DNA from: Candidatus Pacearchaeota archaeon
Lineage (GTDB): Archaea; Nanobdellota; Nanobdellia; Pacearchaeales; GW2011-AR1
Reading direction: 5' to 3'
DNA length: 64,000 nucleotides
Assembly (NCBI GenBank): GCA_041659945.1
Contig: JBAZXH010000001.1
Span: 425,292-489,291 of the forward strand
Each line of letters begins with the position of its first letter. The first letter of the stretch is position 1. The notes below the pieces were generated by a model. The model worked only from the letters and a program-made list of their open reading frames with translations, did no database searches and had not been told where the DNA came from. Positions 35,186 to 44,697 of this stretch are shown piece by piece. Both the position numbers and the translations under genes were made by a program.

Positions 35186-37654
35186 ATGAAGAACACAGGT
35201 AGCAAACAAGATAAGAGTGGAAATACTAAAGTTGTGTTGATAGTTTTAGTGTCGGTAGTTGCTCTGGTGATATTATTATCTTTGCTTGTTGGAATTGGTT
35301 ATTATATTTTAAATAAGCCTGCTCCGAATTATAATGTTAGCTATAGTGGTGAATTGAAGAAATTTAGTTCTTTGGAAGATATGCAGAGTTTTGTTAAACA
35401 AAGTCAGGATTTAGGTTATAACTCTTATTATAGTGAAGGAAGAACTTTTTTCCAGGGTTTTAATTTCTTTACTAAAGGTACAGTTGCTGCTCCGGGAGTA
35501 AATATGGCCATGGATTCGGCTGGAACTGGCGAGAGTGCTTCTACAGATTATTCTCAGACAAACATTCAAGTTGAGGGTGTTGATGAAGCTGATATGGTTA
35601 AGAATGATGGTAAGTATATTTATACTGTTAATGGGCAGAATGTTGTTATTACTCAAGCATATCCTGCATCTGATATGAAAGTTGTTGGCAAAATAGATTT
35701 GAACAAAAGTATTGGAAATATTTTCTTAAATGGTGATAGATTAGTTTTATTTGCTCAAGATTATGAAAGAGAACCGATTCTTTATAATAAAGTTTCTGAG
35801 GCTTTTTGTGGTGAAGGAGGTTGTGGAGGGTATGACTCTAAATCTTTTACTGTTGTTTATGTATATGATGTTTCTGATAGAGAGAAACCTGTTTTGGAGA
35901 AGAATTACTCTTTAGAAGGTAATTATCTTAATTCACGTATGATTGGAGATTATGTTTATGTTCTTTCACAAAAATCAGTTTATCAAAATGTTGAACCTCC
36001 AATATATAGAATTAATGGCGTTGAATCAACAATTGCTCCTAATGATGTTTATTACTTTGATTATCTTGATAATAGTTATGTTTTTACATCAATCTCAGCA
36101 ATTGAACTTGGAGGAGATAAATTTTCAACTCAAGTTTATTTAACAGGTTATACAAGTACTGTTTATGTTTCACAAGAAAATATTTACCTAGCTCATGAAA
36201 AAACAATGAGTTATACCCAGTATAGTGACTTGCTTATTAGGGAAGTTTATTTGGATATTGCTCCTGAAAGTTTGAAGGTTCAAATAAATAGTATAGTTAA
36301 TTCTGATAAACCCGGTTATGAAAAAATTAGTTCTGTTAAGAAGTTAATTGGAGATTATTCAAATTCTCTTAGTGGTACTGAAAAATCAGAGTTTGATACA
36401 AAGCTTATGAATTCCTTGGATAATTTTGAAAAAGAAATAGCAAAGAAACAACAGATGACTGGAGTTCATAAAATTGCAATAGATAAAGATAAAATTGAAT
36501 ATAAAGCCAATGGAGAGTTTCCAGGTTATATTTTAAATCAATTTTCAATGGATGAGTATAATGGAAATTTTAGAGTTGCTACAACAACTGGAGAAGTTTG
36601 GAGTGGAAATAGTTTGAATCATTTGTACATTTTAAATAAAGATTTGGAAGTTGTTGGAAAGGTTGAGGATTTAGCTAAAGGAGAAAAAGTTTATTCAGCA
36701 AGGTTTTTAGGAGATAGAGCATACATAGTTACATTTAAGAAAATTGATCCTCTTTTTGTAATTGATGTTTCTAATCCACAAGATCCGCAAGTTTTAGGTT
36801 ATTTGAAAATAAGTGGTTTTTCAGATTATCTTCATCCATATGATGAAAATCATGTTATTGGAATTGGAAAGGAAGCTCGTGGAGGAAATGAACAGTTTGC
36901 TTGGTATCAGGGAGTGAAAGTTGCGCTTTTTGATGTAACTAATGTTTCTAATCCTTTGGAAGTTGGAAAGATTGAGATAGGAGATAGAGGAACTGATAGC
37001 CCGGCTTTGAATGATCATAAAGCAGTTCTTTTTGATAAAGAAAGAAATTTATTAGTTTTACCAATAACTCTTGCTGAAATAAATAAAACAAAGTATAGAA
37101 ATTGTAGTGCTGAAGAAACTAGAGATTATAGAAGTTATGATTATTGTTTAACAGATAATACCTATGGTGAACCTGTTTGGCAAGGTGCTTATGTTTTAAA
37201 TGTTAATCTTGATGGAATTAGTTTAAGAGGAAAAATAACTCATAAGGAAGATTATGCTGGGCCTACATATGGGCCTGCTGAAAATGAACCTATTGGCGCC
37301 ATTAGAGCTGATGATCAAGGCAGAGTTTGGACTAAGACTAATATAACTCATTATGAATATTCAACTTACAGATATGGCCAGTGGAGAACAAACGCAGCAG
37401 GTTATGAACGTATGACCTACAGTGATTATGAAATAGACAATTTCCCTGGAGGAGTTAATTATCTTCAAAATAGAATTTATGATTATAAAACTCAAATTCA
37501 AAGAAGTTTATATATGGATGATATGCTTTATACTGTTTCGCTGGGTAAAATAAAAGCAAATAAACTTAGCGATTTAACTGAAGTTAGTAGGGTTGATTTA
37601 CCATACAATGAAGGATATTATGGTTATTATGGCGATATGCCCATGGCCATTTAA
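35186..37654 (+). CDS. Secreted beta-propeller domain protein (PF09826-like)
   Basis: YSQTNIQVEGVDEADMVKNDG, LNQFSMDEY...FRVATT, VTFKKIDPLFVID, GFSDYLHP; start moved to ATG 35186. Confidence 0.9.
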   Translation: MKNTGSKQDKSGNTKVVLIVLVSVVALVILLSLLVGIGYYILNKPAPNYNVSYSGELKKFSSLEDMQSFVKQSQDLGYNSYYSEGRTFFQGFNFFTKGTVAAPGVNMAMDSAGTGESASTDYSQTNIQVEGVDEADMVKNDGKYIYTVNGQNVVITQAYPASDMKVVGKIDLNKSIGNIFLNGDRLVLFAQDYEREPILYNKVSEAFCGEGGCGGYDSKSFTVVYVYDVSDREKPVLEKNYSLEGNYLNSRMIGDYVYVLSQKSVYQNVEPPIYRINGVESTIAPNDVYYFDYLDNSYVFTSISAIELGGDKFSTQVYLTGYTSTVYVSQENIYLAHEKTMSYTQYSDLLIREVYLDIAPESLKVQINSIVNSDKPGYEKISSVKKLIGDYSNSLSGTEKSEFDTKLMNSLDNFEKEIAKKQQMTGVHKIAIDKDKIEYKANGEFPGYILNQFSMDEYNGNFRVATTTGEVWSGNSLNHLYILNKDLEVVGKVEDLAKGEKVYSARFLGDRAYIVTFKKIDPLFVIDVSNPQDPQVLGYLKISGFSDYLHPYDENHVIGIGKEARGGNEQFAWYQGVKVALFDVTNVSNPLEVGKIEIGDRGTDSPALNDHKAVLFDKERNLLVLPITLAEINKTKYRNCSAEETRDYRSYDYCLTDNTYGEPVWQGAYVLNVNLDGISLRGKITHKEDYAGPTYGPAENEPIGAIRADDQGRVWTKTNITHYEYSTYRYGQWRTNAAGYERMTYSDYEIDNFPGGVNYLQNRIYDYKTQIQRSLYMDDMLYTVSLGKIKANKLSDLTEVSRVDLPYNEGYYGYYGDMPMAI

Positions 37655-37682
37655 TTTTTAAACTTTAATTTTATTGATAAAA

Positions 37683-38327
37683 ATGTCAAACAAAAAGTAT
37701 ATTATGGTTTCTTTGGATGATGAAAAGCTAGGCGTTTTAGCTGAAGTTCTTTCTAATAAAACTGCTAAAAAGATAATTGAATTTTTGGCTGATAGGGAAG
37801 CGAGTGAGAGTGAAATTTCTCAGGATTTAAAGTTGCCTGCTAATACTGTTAATTATAATGTTAAAAAGTTGCTTGAAGCTGGGCTTATTGAAAAGTCTGG
37901 AAATTATCTGTGGAGTTTAAGAGGAAAAAAGATAATAAAATATAGAGTAGCTAAGAAGTCAATTATAATAAGTCCTAAAAGTTCAAATGTGATTAAAGTT
38001 GTGAGTACGGTTTTAATTACTGGGATTGCTGCTGTTTTAGTTAAAGTATTTGGCGAGGGTTTTATTCAGAAAGGTGCAGATGTTCCGGCAAGAGTTGATA
38101 TGTTTAATTATGCTAATCAAACAGCTGGTAATCTTACGATGGCTGATGCTGCCGGTTTATCTCAGGAGGCTGTTAAGTGTGCTCCGGCAGATATTGTGGC
38201 GGGTAATCTTACTACAGCTGCTACTCCAACACTAATTTCTCAACCTTGGCTTTGGTTTGTTGTTGGTGCGTTGGTTTTAGGTGTTGTTTATTTGGTTTTG
38301 AGTAATGTTAAGTTGAAAAGGAAATGA
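37683..38327 (+). CDS. ArsR-like HTH protein with C-terminal TM segments
   Basis: LSNKTAKKIIEFL..ASESEISQDL..PANTVNYNVKKLLEAGLI followed by two hydrophobic helices. Confidence 0.82.
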   Translation: MSNKKYIMVSLDDEKLGVLAEVLSNKTAKKIIEFLADREASESEISQDLKLPANTVNYNVKKLLEAGLIEKSGNYLWSLRGKKIIKYRVAKKSIIISPKSSNVIKVVSTVLITGIAAVLVKVFGEGFIQKGADVPARVDMFNYANQTAGNLTMADAAGLSQEAVKCAPADIVAGNLTTAATPTLISQPWLWFVVGALVLGVVYLVLSNVKLKRK

Positions 38328-38370
38328 GCTTAAAGGTTAAGTTTATTAATCTCTTTTTTATTTGATTTTT

Positions 38371-39429
38371 ATGCTTAGCAAAGAACAAATAGCTGAAATA
38401 AGGGAACACCTTGAAAAGGCCCAGAATCCGGTATTCTTTTTTGATAATGATTGTGATGGGCTTATGGCTTTTATATTATTGAGAAGGTTTATTGGCAGAG
38501 GAAGAGGGGTTGCAATAAAATCCTTTCCTGAATTGGATGAGAGTTATGCTAAAAAGATTGATGAATTTAATGCAGATTATGTTTTTGTTTTGGATAAGCC
38601 TTTGGTGTCAGAAGAATTTATTCGGGAGGTTCGAGAAAGAAATCTGCCCCTTGTTTGGGTTGATCATCATGATGTTAAGGTTAATTTTGATTTTTCTAAG
38701 GAGGAGATGAGTAATATTTATTATTTTAATCCCATGATTTTGAAAGATGGTTCAAGTGAGCCAGTAAGTTATCTTGCCTATAAAGTTGCTAATAATAGAG
38801 AGGATGATTGGTTGGCAATGGTTGGATGTATTGCAGATAATTTTATACCTGATTTTTCTGAAGATTTTTTCCCTAAGTATCCTGAGATTTTTACTAATCA
38901 AAATCCCTCTTCAGCCTTTGAAGTTCTTTATGAAACTGATTTTGGAAAGTTAATTATGATGCTGAGTTTTGGACTTAAGGATAGAACTAGCAATGTTGTT
39001 TATATGATTAATTTTTTATTTAAAGTTAGGTCTCCCTATGAGATTTTAAAGGAAGATGATAAAAACTTTAAGATATTAAGAAGATATAATCAGATAAATT
39101 CTTTCTATGAAAAAGTTCTGGATAAGGCTAAGAAGGTAGCTAGAAGTTCAAAAAAGGTTGTTTTTTTCAAATATAGTGGTGAATTGAGTTTGAGCGCGGA
39201 TTTATCTAATGAATTAATTTATAGATTTCCGGCTAAAATAGTGATTGTTGCGTATGTTAAGGGCAGTGTAGCTAATGTTTCTGTGCGGGGAAGTGAAGAT
39301 GTTTTGGCTGTGACTGTTGAGGCTATTAAATCAATTGATGGAGCAAATGGTGGAGGGCATAAGCATGCCACTGGTGCTAAGATGAATGCAGATGACTTGC
39401 AAAAATTCAAGGATTTTTTTGGTGAATAA
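38371..39429 (+). CDS. DHH-family phosphoesterase (RecJ/GAN-like)
   Basis: DNDCDG, VLD, VDHH, and DHHA1 motif GGGHKHATG. Confidence 0.9.
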   Translation: MLSKEQIAEIREHLEKAQNPVFFFDNDCDGLMAFILLRRFIGRGRGVAIKSFPELDESYAKKIDEFNADYVFVLDKPLVSEEFIREVRERNLPLVWVDHHDVKVNFDFSKEEMSNIYYFNPMILKDGSSEPVSYLAYKVANNREDDWLAMVGCIADNFIPDFSEDFFPKYPEIFTNQNPSSAFEVLYETDFGKLIMMLSFGLKDRTSNVVYMINFLFKVRSPYEILKEDDKNFKILRRYNQINSFYEKVLDKAKKVARSSKKVVFFKYSGELSLSADLSNELIYRFPAKIVIVAYVKGSVANVSVRGSEDVLAVTVEAIKSIDGANGGGHKHATGAKMNADDLQKFKDFFGE

Positions 39430-39438
39430 ATTGGTATT

Positions 39439-39567
39439 TTGAAAATGTGAAGACAAGAGTTCACTCCGTTCACTTTACTTCAATAAGTTAAAGCTAAGTA
39501 AGCAAGTTAAGCTATGATAAATCAGGTTGAATTTTGCTGCGCAATAATTCTTATGGTGTGATTTCAA
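39439..39567 (+). repeat. Dispersed structured intergenic repeat, copy 3
   Basis: TTGAAAATGTGAAGACAAGAGTTCACTCCGTTCACTTTACTTCAA...TTGAATTTTGCTGCGCAATAATTCTTATGGTGTGATTTCAA. Confidence 0.88.
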
Positions 39568-40077
39568 GAAGGTTTATACAGTTTAAATTATGTTACTAAA
39601 ATTTTGAAATTTTAGCAACTTTATCGTGGTATTTTTATTGAAGTTTTATGCTTTATAAATCTAATTTTGTATAATAAAGTATTTAAAGTTGGTATACTTA
39701 TCATAGTTATGAAAGGACTAGCTAAGATAAATCCAATATGTACTTATTGTAGACTTAGCGTAGTCTTTACAATCATTAAACACCTATCAATTTAATCCGT
39801 TGCTCTTTCTTTCCTGGATTAAGTTGAAAGTTGTTATACAGACAGGTTAGAAAGGGTTTTTGATTGAATTGATAAGAGGCAAAAATCAAACAAAAAACCT
39901 CTAGCACAAGTGAAAAAGAAAAAGAGTATGTAGAAAGAGAATTGCAAAAGCTTGTTGAATTTACATGCAAGTTGGAGAATGAATTTGGCAAGTTAATGGT
40001 ACTTGCGAAGTAGTTTTTCGCTTTTTTCGTTTGGATAGGGGTAAGTATGGCCTTTTAACAGCCAATGGATACAAAAT

Positions 40078-41526
40078 TCAATAACTCTTGCTAAAGTAAG
40101 TTAGAAATGTTTTTTTGCTATTGCAAGATATGCAAGGATGATCTGTTTCTTTTTCATTAAGGGGAATACATCTTGATGAGGCTCCGCCAGTTTTGTCTTT
40201 TATTTCATCTTCACAGGATTCTTTGCCACAGAAATAAACCCTTACAAGTTTTCTACTTTCTATGGCTTTGATCATTTCAGGCATTTTATTTACTAGAATG
40301 GTGTTATTTTCTAGTTCTTTTTTTGCTTTTGAAAAAAGGTTTTCTTGCATTTCTTCTAAAACTTTCTCTATTTGTTTTTTAAGATTTGAGAGTTTCACAG
40401 GCATTTTTTCTTTGTTATCTCTTCTAACTAGAATTACCTGTTTGTTCTGGACATCTTTTGGACCTATTTCAATTCTTATTGGAATACCTTTTAATTCCCA
40501 GTTGTTATATTTCCAACCGGGAGTGTATTCTTTTCTGTCATCTAGTATTGGGTTAAAAGTTTTGAGTTCTTTTTCTATTTCTTTAGTAGCTTTTAGAATT
40601 TTTTCAACAGCATCTCCTTTAATTATGGGAATGATAACTACTTTATTTTCAGCTATACTTGGAGGAAGTATCAAACCATTATTATCACTGTGAGTCATTA
40701 CCAACGCTCCGATTAATCTTGTTGATAAACCCCAGGAATTTTGCCATGGAGTGTGCATTTTTTCATCTTTTCCTAGGAAGTTTATATCAAATGACTTTGC
40801 AAAACCCTGACCAAGTTCGTGAGAAGTGCCGCATTGTAGAGCCTTGCCATCAGGCATAAATGCTTCTATTGCATAGGTTGTTTTTGCCCCTGCAAACTTT
40901 TCCTTTTCTGTTTTTCTACCAACAATGACCGGTATGGCTAGGAGTTCCTCACAAAGTTTAGCATACAACTTTATGTAGTTTATCGTATCTTCTTTACATT
41001 CTTCTTCTGTTTCATAGACGCAATGGCCTTCTTGCCATAGAAATTCTCTTGATCTTAAAAATAATTTTGTTGCTTGAGTTTCCCATCTTACAACATTACA
41101 CCATTGGTTAATTTTTAGCGGAAGATCTCTATATGATCTAATCCATTTGCTATAGGAATCATACATTATTGTTTCTGATGTTGGTCTTATTGCAAGTCTT
41201 TCACCATCCTTTGTTAATGAAGCGTCAATCCATGCTACTTCGGGTTTGAAACCCTCTGCATGTTTTGCTTCTTTTTTAAAAAAAGATTCGGGTATGAATA
41301 GGGGAAAATAGGCATTTCTTACTTTTGTTTTTTTAATTATATTTTCATTAAAGTAGTCTTGAATTGCCTGCCATATTGCATATCCGTTTGGGCGAATTAT
41401 CATTGAACCCTTTACTACTGAATAATCTGCTAGCTCGGATTTTAGACACACTTGAGAATACCACTCAGGCATATCTACTTCTTTTTTTACAGTTATTCCC
41501 AAATCATTTTTTTCTTCTTTTGTCAT
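40078..41526 (-). CDS. proS: Proline--tRNA ligase (archaeal/eukaryote type)
   Basis: IRPTSET, VRWE...FLRSREFLWQEGH, LQCGTSH, SWGLSTR; ends FSKSY. Confidence 0.97.
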   Translation of the reverse strand: MTKEEKNDLGITVKKEVDMPEWYSQVCLKSELADYSVVKGSMIIRPNGYAIWQAIQDYFNENIIKKTKVRNAYFPLFIPESFFKKEAKHAEGFKPEVAWIDASLTKDGERLAIRPTSETIMYDSYSKWIRSYRDLPLKINQWCNVVRWETQATKLFLRSREFLWQEGHCVYETEEECKEDTINYIKLYAKLCEELLAIPVIVGRKTEKEKFAGAKTTYAIEAFMPDGKALQCGTSHELGQGFAKSFDINFLGKDEKMHTPWQNSWGLSTRLIGALVMTHSDNNGLILPPSIAENKVVIIPIIKGDAVEKILKATKEIEKELKTFNPILDDRKEYTPGWKYNNWELKGIPIRIEIGPKDVQNKQVILVRRDNKEKMPVKLSNLKKQIEKVLEEMQENLFSKAKKELENNTILVNKMPEMIKAIESRKLVRVYFCGKESCEDEIKDKTGGASSRCIPLNEKETDHPCISCNSKKTFLTYFSKSY

Positions 41527-41553
41527 TTTATAATATCTTATAACAGGGTTTGT

Positions 41554-42417
41554 TTAGATGATTTTATTAATCTTTTGTTTTTCAAGAATTTGGTTTATCA
41601 TTTCTTTTGCAGCATTTGATTCTAGTGCAAAACCTAAGTTTTCTGTGTTTTTTATTTTAAAGTTATTTATTCCTATTACTTTTCCAGTTTTATCTATTAA
41701 AGGTCCACCAGAATTTCCTCTATTTAATGGAGCGTCTATTTGAATGTAACTATTAATTCCATTTGGGCCCTCTCTTTTTAGTCCGCTTATTATTCCTTCA
41801 CTGGCTGAGAATGAAAGGCCTAAAGGATTTCCTAGAACTATAGCCTTTTCTCCTATTTCTAAATTGCTTGAGTCTCCAAAATCTAGATGGTCATAAGTTC
41901 CGCTGTCCATTTTTAAAACAGCTATGTCAAGATTTTCATCATAGCCTACTAGTTTCACTGGAACAAGTTCAGTTTTATTGTATAGAAGAGCCTTTGCATG
42001 ACTTCCTCCAACTAGAACATGAGCGTTTGTTACAAGATATCCGTCTGAACTAATTATAAATCCAGAGCCCTGGGCGACCTCTGTGCTTATGCTTACTACT
42101 CCTTTGATTGACTGTTGAATTATTCCAGAAAAATCATTTCCTGAAGAAGCTTTTAATTCACTTACTTGAGTAGTCAGGTCATTTTTTACTGATAGTACTG
42201 TGGCAGTTAATTTCTGTGTTCTTTCTAAGTTTTGTTTTTCAACGTCAAGAATTTGACTTTCCAGTTCAAGTTTAGTTTTATTTATGGAAGTTTCAATATT
42301 TTTATTCATATCTTGTTTTAAAAGATAAACATTTTGAGCTAGGTAGATTACAGAAAGAATTAGTAAACATTCAACGGCAATAAGAATTATATGTTTATGC
42401 GCCTCAATTTTTTCCAT
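41554..42417 (-). CDS. Trypsin-like (HtrA/S1C) serine protease, membrane-anchored, no PDZ domain
   Basis: GSGFII, TNAHV, DIAVLK, GNSGGPL; N-terminal TM and coiled coil. Confidence 0.9.
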   Translation of the reverse strand: MEKIEAHKHIILIAVECLLILSVIYLAQNVYLLKQDMNKNIETSINKTKLELESQILDVEKQNLERTQKLTATVLSVKNDLTTQVSELKASSGNDFSGIIQQSIKGVVSISTEVAQGSGFIISSDGYLVTNAHVLVGGSHAKALLYNKTELVPVKLVGYDENLDIAVLKMDSGTYDHLDFGDSSNLEIGEKAIVLGNPLGLSFSASEGIISGLKREGPNGINSYIQIDAPLNRGNSGGPLIDKTGKVIGINNFKIKNTENLGFALESNAAKEMINQILEKQKINKII

Positions 42418-42537
42418 GATTCTTTTAGTTAAAGTAGATTTATTAAGGTTTTGATGCAAAACCTTAGGAGAGAAGTTAAGTTATAAAGAAAGAGTAAAGC
42501 TATTAAAGTATGAAAAAGTTTAAGAGATGTAAGATAT

Positions 42538-42609
42538 GGGCCTATAGTTCAATGGATAGAACGTCCGGCTTCGGACCGGATAATCTAGGTTCGAATCCTA
42601 GTAGGCCTA
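42538..42609 (+). tRNA. tRNA-Arg(TCG), no encoded CCA
   Basis: GGGCCTATAGTTCAATGGATAGAACG-TCCGG-CTTCGGA-CCGGA-TAAT-CTAGG-TTCGAAT-CCTAG-TAGGCCTA. Confidence 0.95.
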
Positions 42610-42703
42610 TAATTATATTCGAACCTAGGTTTGATATCACTTTATCTTCGTAAGAAGTAAAGTTGCCAAGAATCTAAGATTCTTGAGCACTAGTAGGCCT
42701 ATA
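42598..42703 (+). repeat. 14-bp direct duplication of the tRNA-Arg 3' end enclosing a 78-bp triple-hairpin insert (contains twin-hairpin copy B at 42640-42689, minus orientation)
   Basis: CTAGTAGGCCTATA at 42598-42611 and 42690-42703. Confidence 0.85.
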
Positions 42704-42772
42704 GTTCTTATTACTAGTCTATCAAGATTTAAAAACATGTTTGATTTATAGATTATATGTTTGGAGAGGTAT

Positions 42773-43909
42773 ATGAAAGTTAATTTTGGTAAGAAAACAA
42801 TTCTAGGAGCATTTACACTTGCAGGCACAATGATTGGAGCAGGTATGCTTGGATTGCCATTTGTTTTTTCAAGATCTGGATTTTTAATTGGGATTTTTTG
42901 GTTAGTGTTGCTGGGGTTGATTATGACTCTGGTTCATTTGTATATGGGGGAAATTATTTTAAGAACTCGTGGTGAACATCAGTTGCCAGGTTATGCTGAA
43001 AAGTATTTGGGGGTTGCTGGTAAGAAGGTTATGTTTTTTGCAATGTTTTTTGGGATTTATTCTGCTTTAGTTGCTTATCTGATTGGAGAGGGGCAGAGTC
43101 TTTCTTATTTTTTTATGGGTAATTTAGGGTATGCAATTGTTTTTGGATGTTTATTTTGGTTTATAATGACTCTACTTCTGAGAAACGGACTTAAGGGATT
43201 AAAAAAATTAGAGTCTTGGTCTATTCCAGCAGTGATTATCATAGTATTTATTTTGCTATTTTATCTTCTTCCCCAGATTAAGTTTGAAAATTTAGCTCCT
43301 ATGAATTATGATTTCTTTTTTGTTCCTTTGGGAGTTACTCTTTTTGCTTTATTGGGATTTAGTTCTATACCTGAAGTTGGTAGGGTTATGAAGGGTCAGG
43401 AAAAAAATATGAAATTTGCATTGCTTATTGGAAGTTTAATACCAATAGTTTTATACGCAATTTTTGGTTTTGCCTTTGTTGGAGTTTTTGGTAATGCTGT
43501 TAAGGAAGTGGCTACAATTTCTGTTGGAAGATATGCTTCTTTGTTGGGTGTATTGACAATGGTAACGAGTTATTTTGTTTTGAGTTTTGCTCTGAAAGAT
43601 ATGTTTGAAGTTGATCTGAAGATGAAGAAACAGACAATATTCTTTTTAGTTTATATTTTGCCAATTATTTTGTATTTAGTTATAAGTTTGTTTGACCTTG
43701 TTGATTTTGTTAGAGTTCTGGGAATTGGAGGAGTTATTTCTGGAGGAATTACCGGTATGCTAATACTTTTAATGAATTATAAATCAAAGAAATATGCTGA
43801 AAGAACTCCAGAATATTGGATACCCATAAATTGGTTTATTATAGCTTTTATTAGTCTGCTTTTTATAATTGCAGTTATAATCCAGCTAGGTATTTTAGAT
43901 GTGATTTAA
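42773..43909 (+). CDS. Aromatic/hydroxy amino-acid permease (HAAAP-like)
   Basis: GTMIGAGMLGLP and about 11 TM helices. Confidence 0.88.
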   Translation: MKVNFGKKTILGAFTLAGTMIGAGMLGLPFVFSRSGFLIGIFWLVLLGLIMTLVHLYMGEIILRTRGEHQLPGYAEKYLGVAGKKVMFFAMFFGIYSALVAYLIGEGQSLSYFFMGNLGYAIVFGCLFWFIMTLLLRNGLKGLKKLESWSIPAVIIIVFILLFYLLPQIKFENLAPMNYDFFFVPLGVTLFALLGFSSIPEVGRVMKGQEKNMKFALLIGSLIPIVLYAIFGFAFVGVFGNAVKEVATISVGRYASLLGVLTMVTSYFVLSFALKDMFEVDLKMKKQTIFFLVYILPIILYLVISLFDLVDFVRVLGIGGVISGGITGMLILLMNYKSKKYAERTPEYWIPINWFIIAFISLLFIIAVIIQLGILDVI

Positions 43910-43957
43910 AGATGTATAGGAATTCTTATAAAGTCTAGGGGTTATTTTGTTTATTGT

Positions 43958-44197
43958 ATGGCAGAAGGGTCAACTTTGAAAGATTGTTTGTCTGATTTAA
44001 ATGTAGGTGATACTTTTAGAAATTTAGAAGAGGGAGGACATTATGTTGTTGAAGAGGCTGCTTATTTTGGAGTTAATGGAAAAAGAGTTCCAGTTAATAT
44101 GAGAGTTAAACATTCTCATATGAGATACTGTTGTATTCCAACAGTTGATAAATGTTGGTTGCTTGTTGATAAACATTTGGATGATCCGACGAGGTAA
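43958..44197 (+). CDS. Hypothetical protein
   Basis: 79-aa ORF with its own TTATAAA box about 30 nt upstream. Confidence 0.55.
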   Translation: MAEGSTLKDCLSDLNVGDTFRNLEEGGHYVVEEAAYFGVNGKRVPVNMRVKHSHMRYCCIPTVDKCWLLVDKHLDDPTR

Positions 44198-44244
44198 ATA
44201 TTTGATGTAATAATACTTATAAACGAGTGTTTTATCAGTTATTT

Positions 44245-44535
44245 ATGACCGATTTATTGTATGATCTTGTCTGGAGAAATGAGCTTTCTAGAAGCGATTA
44301 TGGGGAAGCTTTAGTATTTCTTGCTAGAAAAGGATATGCTCTTTATTTAGATTCTCAAGTTTTACCTGTGGATGAAAAAGATGAAAGTAAAGGTTTTAAA
44401 GCTACGTTCAGGTCGATGAGGCCTATTGAACCATCATTTTTAGAAACAGAAATTGATATCTCTTTTTTTAAGAAGAGGGCACAACGCCATATTTTCATAA
44501 GACTTAGTAGAACTACTGAGTCTAAATCTAAATAA
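44245..44535 (+). CDS. Hypothetical protein
   Basis: ORF with TTATAAA at about 44217; start moved to ATG 44245. Confidence 0.55.
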   Translation: MTDLLYDLVWRNELSRSDYGEALVFLARKGYALYLDSQVLPVDEKDESKGFKATFRSMRPIEPSFLETEIDISFFKKRAQRHIFIRLSRTTESKSK

Positions 44536-44548
44536 GAGTAGTCATTGT

Positions 44549-44686
44549 TTATTTATTCTTTTTTTCATATTCTGTTTTGCAGGAATCACTGCAAAAGTTT
44601 ACTTCTTCTCCAGATTTTGATTTATGTTTAATCATTCTCCAGTAATCTTGAATCATCTTTCCGCAATTTTCACATTTGTAGTGCAT
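44549..44686 (-). CDS. 45-aa TRASH/YHS-type zinc-binding protein (missed by the ORF track)
   Basis: MHYKCENCGKMIQDYWRMIKHKSKSGEEVNFCSDSCKTEYEKKNK, with CxxC...FCSxxC. Confidence 0.75.
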   Translation of the reverse strand: MHYKCENCGKMIQDYWRMIKHKSKSGEEVNFCSDSCKTEYEKKNK

Positions 44687-44697
44687 TTTAATGTTAT

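Noticed and set aside
39796..40069. RNase P RNA or SRP RNA
   Set aside because: I could not find the GAGGAAAGUCC-type RNase P motif or the SRP helix-8 motif on either strand.
2360..42703. An integrated provirus or island bounded by tRNA att sites
   Set aside because: Each duplication encloses only 75-78 bp, no integrase or viral genes are present, and the DNA between the tRNAs is core genes.
42637..42828. 63-aa minus-strand ORF over the tRNA-Arg trailer
   Set aside because: It overlaps the permease start in antisense and runs through the palindromic insert; no coding evidence.
44549..44686. Frameshifted pseudogene
   Set aside because: Re-reading the bases gave an intact 45-codon ORF.
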